Assembly (NCBI GenBank): GCA_903858105.1
Contig: CAIOHN010000192.1
Location: 1-48,001, forward strand
Reading direction: 5' to 3'
DNA: 48,001 nt
Source of the DNA: an uncultured Pseudomonadota bacterium
GTDB taxonomy: Bacteria > Pseudomonadota > Gammaproteobacteria > Methylococcales > Methylomonadaceae
In this document: positions 37,407 through 46,646 of the stretch, piece after piece
Layout of the letters: every line of letters begins with the position of its first letter
Position numbering within the stretch: the first letter of the stretch is position 1
The notes under the pieces: model-generated
The model's input: the letters and a program-made list of their open reading frames with translations, nothing else
Told to the model about the DNA's origin: nothing
Databases searched by the model: none
Translations under genes and position numbers: made by a program

Positions 37407-39759
37407 AGCTTTCGCCCGACTGTCCATCAAAGGCAAACTATTTGCCATCGCGATCACCTCCAGTTTGTTTTCGATGTTGCTGGCCTTGATTATTTTGGTA
37501 ACAGTCAACATCACCGAGGTAAAAAACAAAGCCCAAAGCGACTTAGTCGCCGTGGCCAGTTTAATCGCCAATCGTAGTGTTGCCGCAGTGATGTTTGACG
37601 ACGCCAATTTGGCGAAAGAAAATCTTATATCTTTGAATAACCTGCCGGCGTTGCAAAGTGCTTGCGTCTATACCAAAAAAGGCCTGCTATTTACTTCGCT
37701 GGACAAACAAGCAGCCCCTTGTCCTGTCGCTTCGTACGGTTTGCATAATTATTTCGACAAACTCAAAATTTATGTTTATCAACCTATGCGGGTGGACGAG
37801 GACGTTGTCGGTGCAGTGTTTCTATCGGCCGATCTTAGCGCGGCATTTTGGCGAGAACTGCAATTTATCGGTGTAGTGCTGATCGTATTATTTGTGGCGC
37901 TATTCATTACCTTTTTGCTAACAGCACCACTGCTAAATCGGGTGGCCAAACCTATTGCTCAGTTGGCCAAAACCGCGCAAAAAGTCAGCGACGAGCACGA
38001 TTACTCACTACGCGCCGCTAAACATAGCAGCGATGAAATGGGTATTTTGGTAGACGCCTTCAACGAGATGTTGGATACCGTCGAGGTGCAGAATAAAGCC
38101 CTGGTTAGCGTTAAAAACAATTTCCAGGCGCTTTATGATAATAATCCAACCATGGTTTTCAATCTGGATATGCAAAACCAAATTATCTCGGTTAACCGGT
38201 TTGGTGCCAAACAATTGGGTTTGAGCGTTGAGGAGTTGCAAGGCTGTTCGATATTCAATTTTGCCCACCCTGAGGATCTTGAAGACTGCCAACAGTTCCT
38301 GCAAGTCTGTCGCAATTATCCCGAACAAGTTCATAAACTGGAAAGCCGCATTATTTGCCGCAACGGCAATACAATCTGGGCCAGGGAAACCGCGCGTTTG
38401 GTTAAGGACGAAAACAATCGCCGCCACTTGCTATTGGTTTGCGAGGACATTACTGAAACCCGCCGCTTGTCGGAGAAAATCGCTTACCAGGCCAGCCACG
38501 ACGAATTGACTGGCCTGGTCAATCGCAGACAGTTCGACATCCACATTCAAAATTTGGTCTTTCAAGCACAAAGCGACGATAGCTGTCATGTATTGTGCTA
38601 TCTGGATTTGGATCAGTTCAAAATCGTCAACGATACCTGTGGGCATCTGGCCGGCGATGAACTGCTACGCCAACTGGGCGACGTGCTGCGGCAGCAAGTG
38701 CGTAAAATGGATATTCTGGCCCGCCTGGGTGGTGATGAGTTTGGCATACTGATGTCTTACTGCTCTCTGGAGCAGGCTGTCATCACCGGCGAAAAATTAC
38801 GGGCAGCAGTGTGCGATTTTCAATTTGGTTGGGAAAATCGCAGTTTCAACATTGGTGTCAGCATTGGTATCGCGCCCATCAATCGCGCTTGCGGCAACGC
38901 TGTCGATGTTTTGAAAGAAGCCGACGCCGCCTGCTACGCGGCCAAAGAGAAAGGTCGAAATCGGGTCCATGTATTCAGCCCGGACGACGAAGAACTGACC
39001 ATGCGCCAAGGCGAAATGCAGTGGGTGGAAAAAATCCGCATGGGTATCGAGCAAGATCGCTTTCAGCTATACGGCCAATTAATTGTGCCGATTTCCGATA
39101 CCAAAGAAGGCCTGCACTTTGAAACCCTGATCCGTTATAGCGACGATCAAGGCAAGATTATTCCGCCCGGTGCGTTCTTACCGGCGGCTGAACGCTACAA
39201 CATGGCGTCACCATTGGATCGTTGGGTAATCTCTCGCTTATTTGAATACTTGTCGACTACGCCAGGTTTCCTGGATAGATTGGAAATGTGTTCGGTCAAC
39301 TTGTCGGGTTTGTCTTTGTCGGATCAAACCATGCAGGGATTTATAGACGAGCAATTCCGCAAATGGCAGATACCGACCAATAAGATATGCTTTGAAATCA
39401 CCGAAACCGCCGCTATCAGTAATCTGTCTTACGCACGGCAGTTTATCGACTCTCTGCGCAAAAAAGGCTGTCTATTTTCCCTGGATGATTTTGGCAGCGG
39501 TTTGTCGTCATTTGCTTATTTAAAAAACCTGCCGGTGGATTATTTAAAAATAGATGGCTTGTTTGTTAAAGATATAGTGGAAGATCAGGTAGATTTGACT
39601 ATGGTTAAAGCCATTAGTGAGGTGGCGCATGTCATGGGTAAAAAGACTATCGCCGAATTTGTGGAAAACCAGGATATTTTTGATCTATTACAAACCTTGG
39701 GCGTGAATTACGCACAAGGCTACGGCATAGCCAAACCAGTACCGTTGCGCGAATTATGA
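37399..39759 (+). CDS. Membrane diguanylate cyclase/phosphodiesterase (periplasmic sensor, HAMP, PAS, GGDEF, EAL)
   Basis: Two TM segments, HAMP (DEMGILVDAFNEML), PAS, HDELTGLVNR, RxxD I-site with GGDEF, ETL, DDFGSG, LKIDG and QGY motifs. Confidence 0.95.
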   Translation: MSKAFARLSIKGKLFAIAITSSLFSMLLALIILVTVNITEVKNKAQSDLVAVASLIANRSVAAVMFDDANLAKENLISLNNLPALQSACVYTKKGLLFTSLDKQAAPCPVASYGLHNYFDKLKIYVYQPMRVDEDVVGAVFLSADLSAAFWRELQFIGVVLIVLFVALFITFLLTAPLLNRVAKPIAQLAKTAQKVSDEHDYSLRAAKHSSDEMGILVDAFNEMLDTVEVQNKALVSVKNNFQALYDNNPTMVFNLDMQNQIISVNRFGAKQLGLSVEELQGCSIFNFAHPEDLEDCQQFLQVCRNYPEQVHKLESRIICRNGNTIWARETARLVKDENNRRHLLLVCEDITETRRLSEKIAYQASHDELTGLVNRRQFDIHIQNLVFQAQSDDSCHVLCYLDLDQFKIVNDTCGHLAGDELLRQLGDVLRQQVRKMDILARLGGDEFGILMSYCSLEQAVITGEKLRAAVCDFQFGWENRSFNIGVSIGIAPINRACGNAVDVLKEADAACYAAKEKGRNRVHVFSPDDEELTMRQGEMQWVEKIRMGIEQDRFQLYGQLIVPISDTKEGLHFETLIRYSDDQGKIIPPGAFLPAAERYNMASPLDRWVISRLFEYLSTTPGFLDRLEMCSVNLSGLSLSDQTMQGFIDEQFRKWQIPTNKICFEITETAAISNLSYARQFIDSLRKKGCLFSLDDFGSGLSSFAYLKNLPVDYLKIDGLFVKDIVEDQVDLTMVKAISEVAHVMGKKTIAEFVENQDIFDLLQTLGVNYAQGYGIAKPVPLREL

Positions 39760-41912
39760 GAACAATTATGTTGGACGCTCTGAAAAAACCATTTTTCAAA
39801 CATTCGCTGCTGCTAAGCCTGCTGCAGAACTACGCCTATGCCGAACAAAGCGTCACTGATTTGATGGACTTATCGCCAGCGGAACTCGCCAATATTTCGA
39901 TCACCATCGCCTCCGGCACCGCCAGGCCGGTATCGCAATCTGCGGCAGTCACCAGCGTCATCACCGCCGAACAAATCGCGACGATGGGCGCTACCGAGCT
40001 GCACGAAGTATTGGAAACCGTGCCTGGCTTGCATGCCACTATCCAGCCGGTAACCAACGACTATAATTACACCATGCGCGGCATCGGCAACACGACAAAT
40101 GCTGAGGTGTTGTTGATGCTGAACGGCACCCGTTTTTCGGTGCCGTATCAAGGCACCCATATGGCCGGCATGGTCATACCTGTCGAGAATATTCAGCGTG
40201 TCGAAGTTATCCGAGGGCCTGGGTCTGCACTGTATGGTGCTGACGCGTTTGCCGGGGTGATTAATATTGTCACCAAAAAAGCCGGTGATATTGATGGCGT
40301 AACTGTGGGTGCCCGCGGTGGAAATGCCAATACCAAAAGCACCTGGGGACAATATGGCGGCAAATGGCAAGGCTGGGATGTGGCGACTAGCTTGCAATAT
40401 AGCGATAACGGCGCAGATCCCAATAGAATAATTACCGCAGACGCGCAAACTCAGATAGATAGCGCACTGCATACGAATTCCTCGTTAGCACCGGGTGCTA
40501 TGCAAACCCAAAATGAGCGCTGGAACGGGCATCTTAACTTACAACGTAAACACTGGGATTTAGGATTTTGGGCCTTCAACGAGTCAAATTACGGCTTCCG
40601 CGCCGGTACTTTCGGCGCATTGGATAACAAAGGTAGTGGCAACGGCTCCAATTATCTGGCCGATATGCGTTATTCCACGGAGGATGATTTAGAAGACTGG
40701 GAGTTACAGGCACATGCCAGCTTTTTGCATACCGATGTCAACGCTAATATCTACGGCTTTCCTGCAGGTGCGGTTTTACCTATCGACGCCACCGGCAATG
40801 TGGCGGGTCAATTAGCCTCCACCAGGGGACTGGTACAATTCCCAGACGGCATGCGTTTTGTTGCCGGTTTTAAAAACACTGTGCCCAGCTTTGAATTTAC
40901 CAGCATTTACAAAGGCTTTTCCAATCACATAATCCGCACGATCTCCGGCTTTCGCTATGAAGAAATGAATACCCAGGAATCCAGAAATTACGGGGCAGGC
41001 ATACTGGATCAACCAACATTACCTTTAGTTGCAAGCGGTTTGCAAAACGTCACCGATACCCCATTGACAATCATCGGCGATCATCATAGAGACATTTGGT
41101 CGATGGCTGTTCAGGACGAATGGCAGTTTGCCCAAGACTGGCACTTAACTACTGGCTTGCGGTACGACCATTATTCGGATTTTGGCAGCACCTGGAATCC
41201 GCGCGCCGCTTTGGTTTGGAATATCAATGAGCAGTTGACCAGCAAACTACTGTATGGGCAAGCTTACAGAGCCCCAAGCTTTCTGGAGCAATATCAGCAA
41301 AATAGTCCGCTATTCCTCGGCAATCCTAATTTAAGCCCGGAAACGATCGCGACAACGGAACTGGCTTTTGATTATCGTCCCACGACAAACCTGAGAACCG
41401 CGCTGAATTTGTATCATTACGAGATCCACGACTTAATCACCGGCCCGATTGCAAGCACGTCTACGCTGACCGTGAAAAATACACCCGGACAGGATGGCTA
41501 CGGTAGCGAATTTGAATGGGACTGGAAGTTTCATCCAGAATGGAATTTACGCGGTAATTACGCCTGGCAATTTGCCCGTAACGAAGCATCCCACGTCAGG
41601 GTTAGCGGCGTACCGGAACATCATGTTTATTCGGCGCTGGCTTGGAGCTTTATGCCTAAATGGCAGATACAAACTCAAGTGAACTGGGTAGGACATAGGC
41701 TCAGCAGCCCAGACGATACGCGGGTTTTACAGGATTATCAAACCCTGGATATGACGCTGACTGCAAGAAAACTGATGGGTTATCTCGACCTGACCGCCTC
41801 AGCCCGCAATGTATTCGATAGCCAGGGCAAGGAACCGGCGACCTCCAGCTACCCCAATAATCTGCCGATTGTCGGCCAGACTTTTTACTTTGAAGCTGCG
41901 CTACATTTTTAA
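39756..41912 (+). CDS. TonB-dependent outer-membrane receptor
   Basis: LMDLSPAELANISIT, plug motif IQRVEVIRGPGSALYGADAFAGVINIVTK, RYDHYSDFG and a C-terminal Phe. Confidence 0.93.
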   Translation: MRTIMLDALKKPFFKHSLLLSLLQNYAYAEQSVTDLMDLSPAELANISITIASGTARPVSQSAAVTSVITAEQIATMGATELHEVLETVPGLHATIQPVTNDYNYTMRGIGNTTNAEVLLMLNGTRFSVPYQGTHMAGMVIPVENIQRVEVIRGPGSALYGADAFAGVINIVTKKAGDIDGVTVGARGGNANTKSTWGQYGGKWQGWDVATSLQYSDNGADPNRIITADAQTQIDSALHTNSSLAPGAMQTQNERWNGHLNLQRKHWDLGFWAFNESNYGFRAGTFGALDNKGSGNGSNYLADMRYSTEDDLEDWELQAHASFLHTDVNANIYGFPAGAVLPIDATGNVAGQLASTRGLVQFPDGMRFVAGFKNTVPSFEFTSIYKGFSNHIIRTISGFRYEEMNTQESRNYGAGILDQPTLPLVASGLQNVTDTPLTIIGDHHRDIWSMAVQDEWQFAQDWHLTTGLRYDHYSDFGSTWNPRAALVWNINEQLTSKLLYGQAYRAPSFLEQYQQNSPLFLGNPNLSPETIATTELAFDYRPTTNLRTALNLYHYEIHDLITGPIASTSTLTVKNTPGQDGYGSEFEWDWKFHPEWNLRGNYAWQFARNEASHVRVSGVPEHHVYSALAWSFMPKWQIQTQVNWVGHRLSSPDDTRVLQDYQTLDMTLTARKLMGYLDLTASARNVFDSQGKEPATSSYPNNLPIVGQTFYFEAALHF

Positions 41913-41921
41913 CGGTCGCCG

Positions 41922-42341
41922 CTAAGCCAGCTGAACCAAATTATGTTTATGGATAGAATCCAACAGATACGCCACTAATTTGCGGCTAAGCCAGGCTTCT
42001 CCGGCACTGACCGCGCCTATCATCCGGTTGATGTAGGTAGTCAATGAGCCACTATTTTGGTAGCCTTTAGCGCCCGCCAGGATACATTGCACAATCTGCT
42101 CGTCTCTTAAACTGTCGCCAATAACCACGATATTACTCGTCGGACTGGCTGCCAGCAGCATGCTTGTGTAGTCAGGGGTTTCGCTGCCGCGTAAGGCAAA
42201 GTTGAGCAAAATCAAGCTTGGCCTATGCTGCTCTGCTGCATTAAGCGCTTGAATTTCATCTGAATAAAAATCAACATCCGCTTCGGCCATTAATAGTAAC
42301 GGCTGTATTTGCCCAATGTTATCGATTACTTGAATTTTCAT
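41922..42341 (-). CDS. Stand-alone atypical receiver domain (NarL-like, no HTH)
   Basis: PSLILLN, AGAKGY and AVSAGEAWLSRK motifs. The ORF ends before any LuxR HTH. Confidence 0.7.
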   Translation of the reverse strand: MKIQVIDNIGQIQPLLLMAEADVDFYSDEIQALNAAEQHRPSLILLNFALRGSETPDYTSMLLAASPTSNIVVIGDSLRDEQIVQCILAGAKGYQNSGSLTTYINRMIGAVSAGEAWLSRKLVAYLLDSIHKHNLVQLA

Positions 42342-42421
42342 GATAAGACTTGTCTGTTTACCTAAATGGCCTAGCGCATGACTGGCTCCTTCGCCAGTTT
42401 AGCCGCCACTATCAATTAAAA

Positions 42422-43195
42422 TCAGCTGCTCACATCTATGAATCCATGCAACCCGCGCTTGGAATCTACAGCCAGCCAGTTCTTTAAGTATTGCAGTTCT
42501 TCGGTAGATTGCAATTCTTCCAGGCTTTTTTTATTTTTTAATAATCTGAACGCCGCTGACAGTACCTTGTAATTGTCGCCGACTATGCCTGCACGCCTCA
42601 AGCCGACTATGTTCAGCCGGTAATGTTTTGCCGGACGGCCACCAATTAACATAAACGGTATTACATCCATATTAATACCCGTAGTGCCCTGCACGATGGC
42701 ATACGCTCCGATCCGGCAAAACTGATGCACCACCACCGCGCCGCCCATGAACACGTTGTTGCCAACCTCTACAAATCCGCCGATTGCCACATTATTGGCA
42801 AAGATGGTCTTGTCGCCAACCGAACAGTCATGCGCCACATGACTATTGTTCATGAAATAACAACCAGAACCAATTCTGGTAGCAGAACCCGCTACAGTCG
42901 CCCGATGCGCAGTAAATCCTTCTCTAAATGCATTGTTATCACCAATTTCCAACCAAGATTCTGTCTGCTTTTGGAATCCCAGATCCTGCGGCAAGCCACC
43001 TAATACCGCATGAGGATGCAGCACATTGCCGGTGCCCATTTTTACCTGACCATGCACAACCGCATGCGCACCGATTTGGCTATTCGCGCCTATGCTAGCG
43101 CCCGATTCAATTACGGCAAACGGCCCCACGCAGACGTTCTCTCCCAGGGTAACGCCAGTGTCGATAAAAGCCGTTGGATGAATCAATGCTGTCAT
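42422..43195 (-). CDS. lpxA: Acyl-ACP--UDP-N-acetylglucosamine O-acyltransferase
   Basis: IHPTAFI, hexapeptide repeats, PQDL, HVAHDC, VHQFCRIG and LNIVGLRR motifs. Confidence 0.9.
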   Translation of the reverse strand: MTALIHPTAFIDTGVTLGENVCVGPFAVIESGASIGANSQIGAHAVVHGQVKMGTGNVLHPHAVLGGLPQDLGFQKQTESWLEIGDNNAFREGFTAHRATVAGSATRIGSGCYFMNNSHVAHDCSVGDKTIFANNVAIGGFVEVGNNVFMGGAVVVHQFCRIGAYAIVQGTTGINMDVIPFMLIGGRPAKHYRLNIVGLRRAGIVGDNYKVLSAAFRLLKNKKSLEELQSTEELQYLKNWLAVDSKRGLHGFIDVSS

Positions 43196-43197
43196 GG

Positions 43198-44082
43198 TTA
43201 GCCTCTTGGGTGGTGTTTGGTATGCAATTCTTTTAAGCGCTGTTGCGCAATATGGGTGTAAATTTGGGTTGTCGATAAATCGGAATGACCGAGTAATAAT
43301 TGTACGACTCTCAGATCGGCACCATGATTCAATAAATGCGTGGCAAACGCGTGCCTCAATGTATGCGGCGACAAGTGTTTATCGATGCCAGCCAATTGCG
43401 CATATCTTTTTATGATATGCCAGAACGCTTGCCTGGTCATGCAACTACCTCGCTTTGTAACGAACAAGTAATCGCTTTGCCTATTGCCGAGGATGGTTTG
43501 TCTGGCTCCGGTTATATATCGCTCAGCCCAATCCATAGCTTCTTCACCCACCGGCACCAAGCGCTCCTTATCGCCTTTGCCGGTGACGCGCACACAGCCC
43601 TGCCGAAAATTGATCTGGCTGAACTTAAGCTCCACTAACTCAGAAACCCTTAACCCGGTTGCGTAGAGCATCTCCAGCATCGCTCTGTCTCTAAAACCCA
43701 AGCTATCGCTTGTTTCTGGAGCCTCAAGTAAAGACTCAACATCAGTTTCGGATAGTGAATCCGGCAAGCCCCTGCCCAGTTGCGGCGCATCGATTAACTG
43801 CGTCGGATCTACGCTAACTTTACCTTCGCGCAGCATATAACCGTAGAAGCGACGCAAACAGGACAATATTCTGGCAGAAGAGCGACTACTTATGCCATCT
43901 TGTTGCCGACTAAGCAGAAAGCCCTTGATGCAAACCTCGTCAACCGCCAATAAATCCTTATGCTTTAACCACTTGGCAAACAGTCTAAGATCGCTGCCAT
44001 AGGCTGACAAGGTATTGTCGCTTAAGCCAAACTCCAGCCAGAGCGCATTTAAAAATGCCTCTATCGTCTGCGCGGAATTCAT
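43198..44082 (-). CDS. xerD: Site-specific tyrosine recombinase XerD
   Basis: GLSDNTLSAY, RDRAMLEMLYATGLRVSEL and SPHTLRHAFATHLLNHGADLRVVQLLLGHSDLSTTQIYTH motifs. Confidence 0.96.
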   Translation of the reverse strand: MNSAQTIEAFLNALWLEFGLSDNTLSAYGSDLRLFAKWLKHKDLLAVDEVCIKGFLLSRQQDGISSRSSARILSCLRRFYGYMLREGKVSVDPTQLIDAPQLGRGLPDSLSETDVESLLEAPETSDSLGFRDRAMLEMLYATGLRVSELVELKFSQINFRQGCVRVTGKGDKERLVPVGEEAMDWAERYITGARQTILGNRQSDYLFVTKRGSCMTRQAFWHIIKRYAQLAGIDKHLSPHTLRHAFATHLLNHGADLRVVQLLLGHSDLSTTQIYTHIAQQRLKELHTKHHPRG

Positions 44083-44585
44083 CACGCCTTTACGGCTACA
44101 TCACGTTCAAATTCAAGCAAGCGGCGCTTTAACGCCACAAACTCTCCATGTGCCTGGCCCATGAAACCGCCAATCCCAGCCTTTGCTACCACGCGATGAC
44201 ACGGAATAATACCGGCGTAAGGATTATTGCGGCAAGCGCCCGCCACCGCCCGTGGCCCGGAATTCAAGATCGCCGCCAATGCCGAGTAGGTTTGCACTTC
44301 ACCAACAGGAATAGCCAACAACTCGTCCCAAACGCGCTTGGCATAAGCACTGCCCTGGCTGAGCAACTTTACATGCAATGAAGTGCGCCCGGGGTTTAAC
44401 AGATAGCGTTGTACCTCGGCCGCAAATGGCGACGAAAGCCTGGCCGAATCATTACCGACAACCCAAGAGGCATCCATAATCACGTCGCCCAGCATAGTAA
44501 GCTTTAATTCGACATCCAACATAGGCACACTGACCTGCGTTGTCTCGCCTTCCACGACATCTTGCCAAAGAATCTGTAAGGGCAT
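44082..44585 (-). CDS. ogt: Methylated-DNA--protein-cysteine S-methyltransferase
   Basis: VWDELLAIPVG, RAVAGAC and the IPCHRV active site. Confidence 0.88.
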   Translation of the reverse strand: MPLQILWQDVVEGETTQVSVPMLDVELKLTMLGDVIMDASWVVGNDSARLSSPFAAEVQRYLLNPGRTSLHVKLLSQGSAYAKRVWDELLAIPVGEVQTYSALAAILNSGPRAVAGACRNNPYAGIIPCHRVVAKAGIGGFMGQAHGEFVALKRRLLEFERDVAVKA

Positions 44586-44605
44586 AGCTATTCCTGACTA
44601 TCGGC

Positions 44606-44639
44606 AAAAAAAAAGGCAGCTAAGCAGGCTGCCTTTTTT
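44606..44639 (-). terminator. Rho-independent terminator of the rpsP-rimM-trmD-rplS operon
   Basis: AAAAAAAAAGGCAGC-TAAGCAG-GCTGCCTTTTTT; the minus strand gives a stem followed by U9. Confidence 0.85.
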
Positions 44640-44679
44640 AACTATCTGGTTCGGCTTTGCCGAAGCAGATAGCAGCGGA

Positions 44680-45027
44680 TTAAGAAAGTTTTTCTTTAAT
44701 ACGCGCAGCTTTACCAGCCAAATCACGCAGATAGTACAGTTTGGCACGACGCACATCACCGCGACGTTTTACTTCGATACTGCCAACAGATGGGCTGTGA
44801 GTTTGGAAAACACGCTCAACACCAACGCCATGCGAAATTTTTCTGACGGTAAACGCAGAATTCAACCCGCGATTACGTTTCGCAATCACGACACCTTCAA
44901 AAGCCTGCAATCTTTCGCGAGTACCTTCTGTTACTCTAACTTGCACCACGACTGTGTCGCCAGGGGCGAAATCCGGCACATCTTTTTTCAGCTGTTCAGC
45001 TTCCAATTCTTCAATAATTTTACTCAT
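44680..45027 (-). CDS. rplS: 50S ribosomal protein L19
   Basis: [19 protein letters not shown] and [12 protein letters not shown] motifs. Confidence 0.98.
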   Translation of the reverse strand: MSKIIEELEAEQLKKDVPDFAPGDTVVVQVRVTEGTRERLQAFEGVVIAKRNRGLNSAFTVRKISHGVGVERVFQTHSPSVGSIEVKRRGDVRRAKLYYLRDLAGKAARIKEKLS

Positions 45028-45039
45028 AACCACACCCTA

Positions 45040-45780
45040 TTAAACAACTTCAGTTCTAAATTCTTTCAACAAAGCGTCCTGCTCTGCACTTAGCTTTACT
45101 TTATTTAGCAAATCCGGCCGCCTCAGCCAAGTGCGACCCAAGGCCTGTTTCATGCGCCAGCGTTTGATTTCTGCATGATTTCCGCCGAGCAATACCTCGG
45201 GGACATCACCAAATTCGCCGCGTTCTGGCCGAGTATAATGCGGACAATCCAACAAACCGTCAGCATGTGAATCCTGTTTTGCGGAATCTTCGTCGCCCAA
45301 TACACCCGGTATCAAGCGCGATATCGCATCAATCACTATCATCGCCGCCAACTCGCCGCCGCTAATGACATAATCACCCAGCGACCACTCTTCATCGCAA
45401 ACATGTTGGACAAATCGTTCGTCTATCCCTTCGTATCGGCCAGCGACAAGAATAACCTGCTCATACGAACTGGCTTCTTGTAATAAATTCTGGTTGATCA
45501 ATCGCCCTTGCGGACTTAGACAGATCACTTTTCGGTTAGCGAAAACATTGTGCTGCTTGGCCGCGTTTACCGCATCAAGCAAAGGCTGGTATTTCATTAC
45601 CATGCCCGGCCCGCCACCGTAAGGCCTGTCATCGACAGTTCGGTGTTTGTCATGTGTGTAATCTCTAGGATTCCAAACTGACAAGCCAACCAATCCACGC
45701 TCTATGGCTTTACCCGTAACACCGTACCCTGCACCGCCGGATACCATTTCCGGGAACAGACTGATTACATCGAAATGCAT
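45040..45780 (-). CDS. trmD: tRNA (guanine37-N1)-methyltransferase
   Basis: [23 protein letters not shown] and [11 protein letters not shown] motifs. Confidence 0.98.
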   Translation of the reverse strand: MHFDVISLFPEMVSGGAGYGVTGKAIERGLVGLSVWNPRDYTHDKHRTVDDRPYGGGPGMVMKYQPLLDAVNAAKQHNVFANRKVICLSPQGRLINQNLLQEASSYEQVILVAGRYEGIDERFVQHVCDEEWSLGDYVISGGELAAMIVIDAISRLIPGVLGDEDSAKQDSHADGLLDCPHYTRPERGEFGDVPEVLLGGNHAEIKRWRMKQALGRTWLRRPDLLNKVKLSAEQDALLKEFRTEVV

Positions 45781-45787
45781 GCCTGGA

Positions 45788-46297
45788 TTAAAAGTCCGGA
45801 TCCCAATCCACGACTATCAGGCCGTTATCAAGATCGACTTTTATGACGGTGCTCTGCTGCAAAAATGGAATCAAGCGCTCTGTATCGCCATCAACCACCA
45901 CCAGCACATCATTGGCACCGGTCTCCATCAGGTTATCAACCGTTCCCAGTCTAATGCCTTCTTGGTTTTGCACGTCCAAACCGATCAAATCCGCCCAGTA
46001 ATACTCGCCAGACTCAGGTTTTGGCAACTGCTGTTTAAGTATCAGAATCTCTGACCCCATTAACTCAGCGGCCTGATCACGATCAGCCACATCCTGCAAC
46101 TCGGCAACCACCAAACTGCCTTGGCGACGTCCGCCAATCAGCTTATATTCCTTGACTTGGTTGTTTTTCTGCAAAAACCACGGAGAGTACTGCAATATAT
46201 TTTCGCGCGGATCGGTAAAAGAAAATACTTTTACCCAACCTTTAACACCGAAAACGCCGGACACTTGTCCAACGTTCAAATAATCCCCTGCTGGCAA
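45788..46297 (-). CDS. rimM: Ribosome maturation factor RimM
   Basis: [26 protein letters not shown] and DWDPDF motifs. TTG start. Confidence 0.96.
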   Translation of the reverse strand: MPAGDYLNVGQVSGVFGVKGWVKVFSFTDPRENILQYSPWFLQKNNQVKEYKLIGGRRQGSLVVAELQDVADRDQAAELMGSEILILKQQLPKPESGEYYWADLIGLDVQNQEGIRLGTVDNLMETGANDVLVVVDGDTERLIPFLQQSTVIKVDLDNGLIVVDWDPDF

Positions 46298-46305
46298 AAC
46301 TAAAT

Positions 46306-46557
46306 TTATGCTGCAGCTTTATCGGCGTCTTTAATCAATCTGGCAACGCGGTCAGTTGGTTGCGCGCCGTTTGATTTCCAGTATTGGACGCGTTCGCTGT
46401 CCAATACCAATCTTTGCTCACCACCGCGAGCCAAAGGATTGAAAAAACCTACGCGCTCGATGTAACGACCATCGCGACTGCTTCTGCTGTCGGTAACAAC
46501 AACATGATAGAAAGGACGATTCTTAGCGCCGCCTCTGGACAAACGAATGCTTACCAT
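46306..46557 (-). CDS. rpsP: 30S ribosomal protein S16
   Basis: [17 protein letters not shown] and [14 protein letters not shown] motifs. Confidence 0.98.
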   Translation of the reverse strand: MVSIRLSRGGAKNRPFYHVVVTDSRSSRDGRYIERVGFFNPLARGGEQRLVLDSERVQYWKSNGAQPTDRVARLIKDADKAAA

Positions 46558-46646
46558 TTGGATACCTTAAAAAACATTGAATCAAAAATACTTAATCAAA
46601 CTATTCTACGCGATTTTCACAATAAGTGAAGGACAAATTACAATAG

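Noticed and set aside
43198-44082. Phage or genomic-island integrase
   Set aside because: The sequence matches housekeeping XerD (LLNHGADLRVVQLLLGH), and no att sites or mobile genes are nearby.
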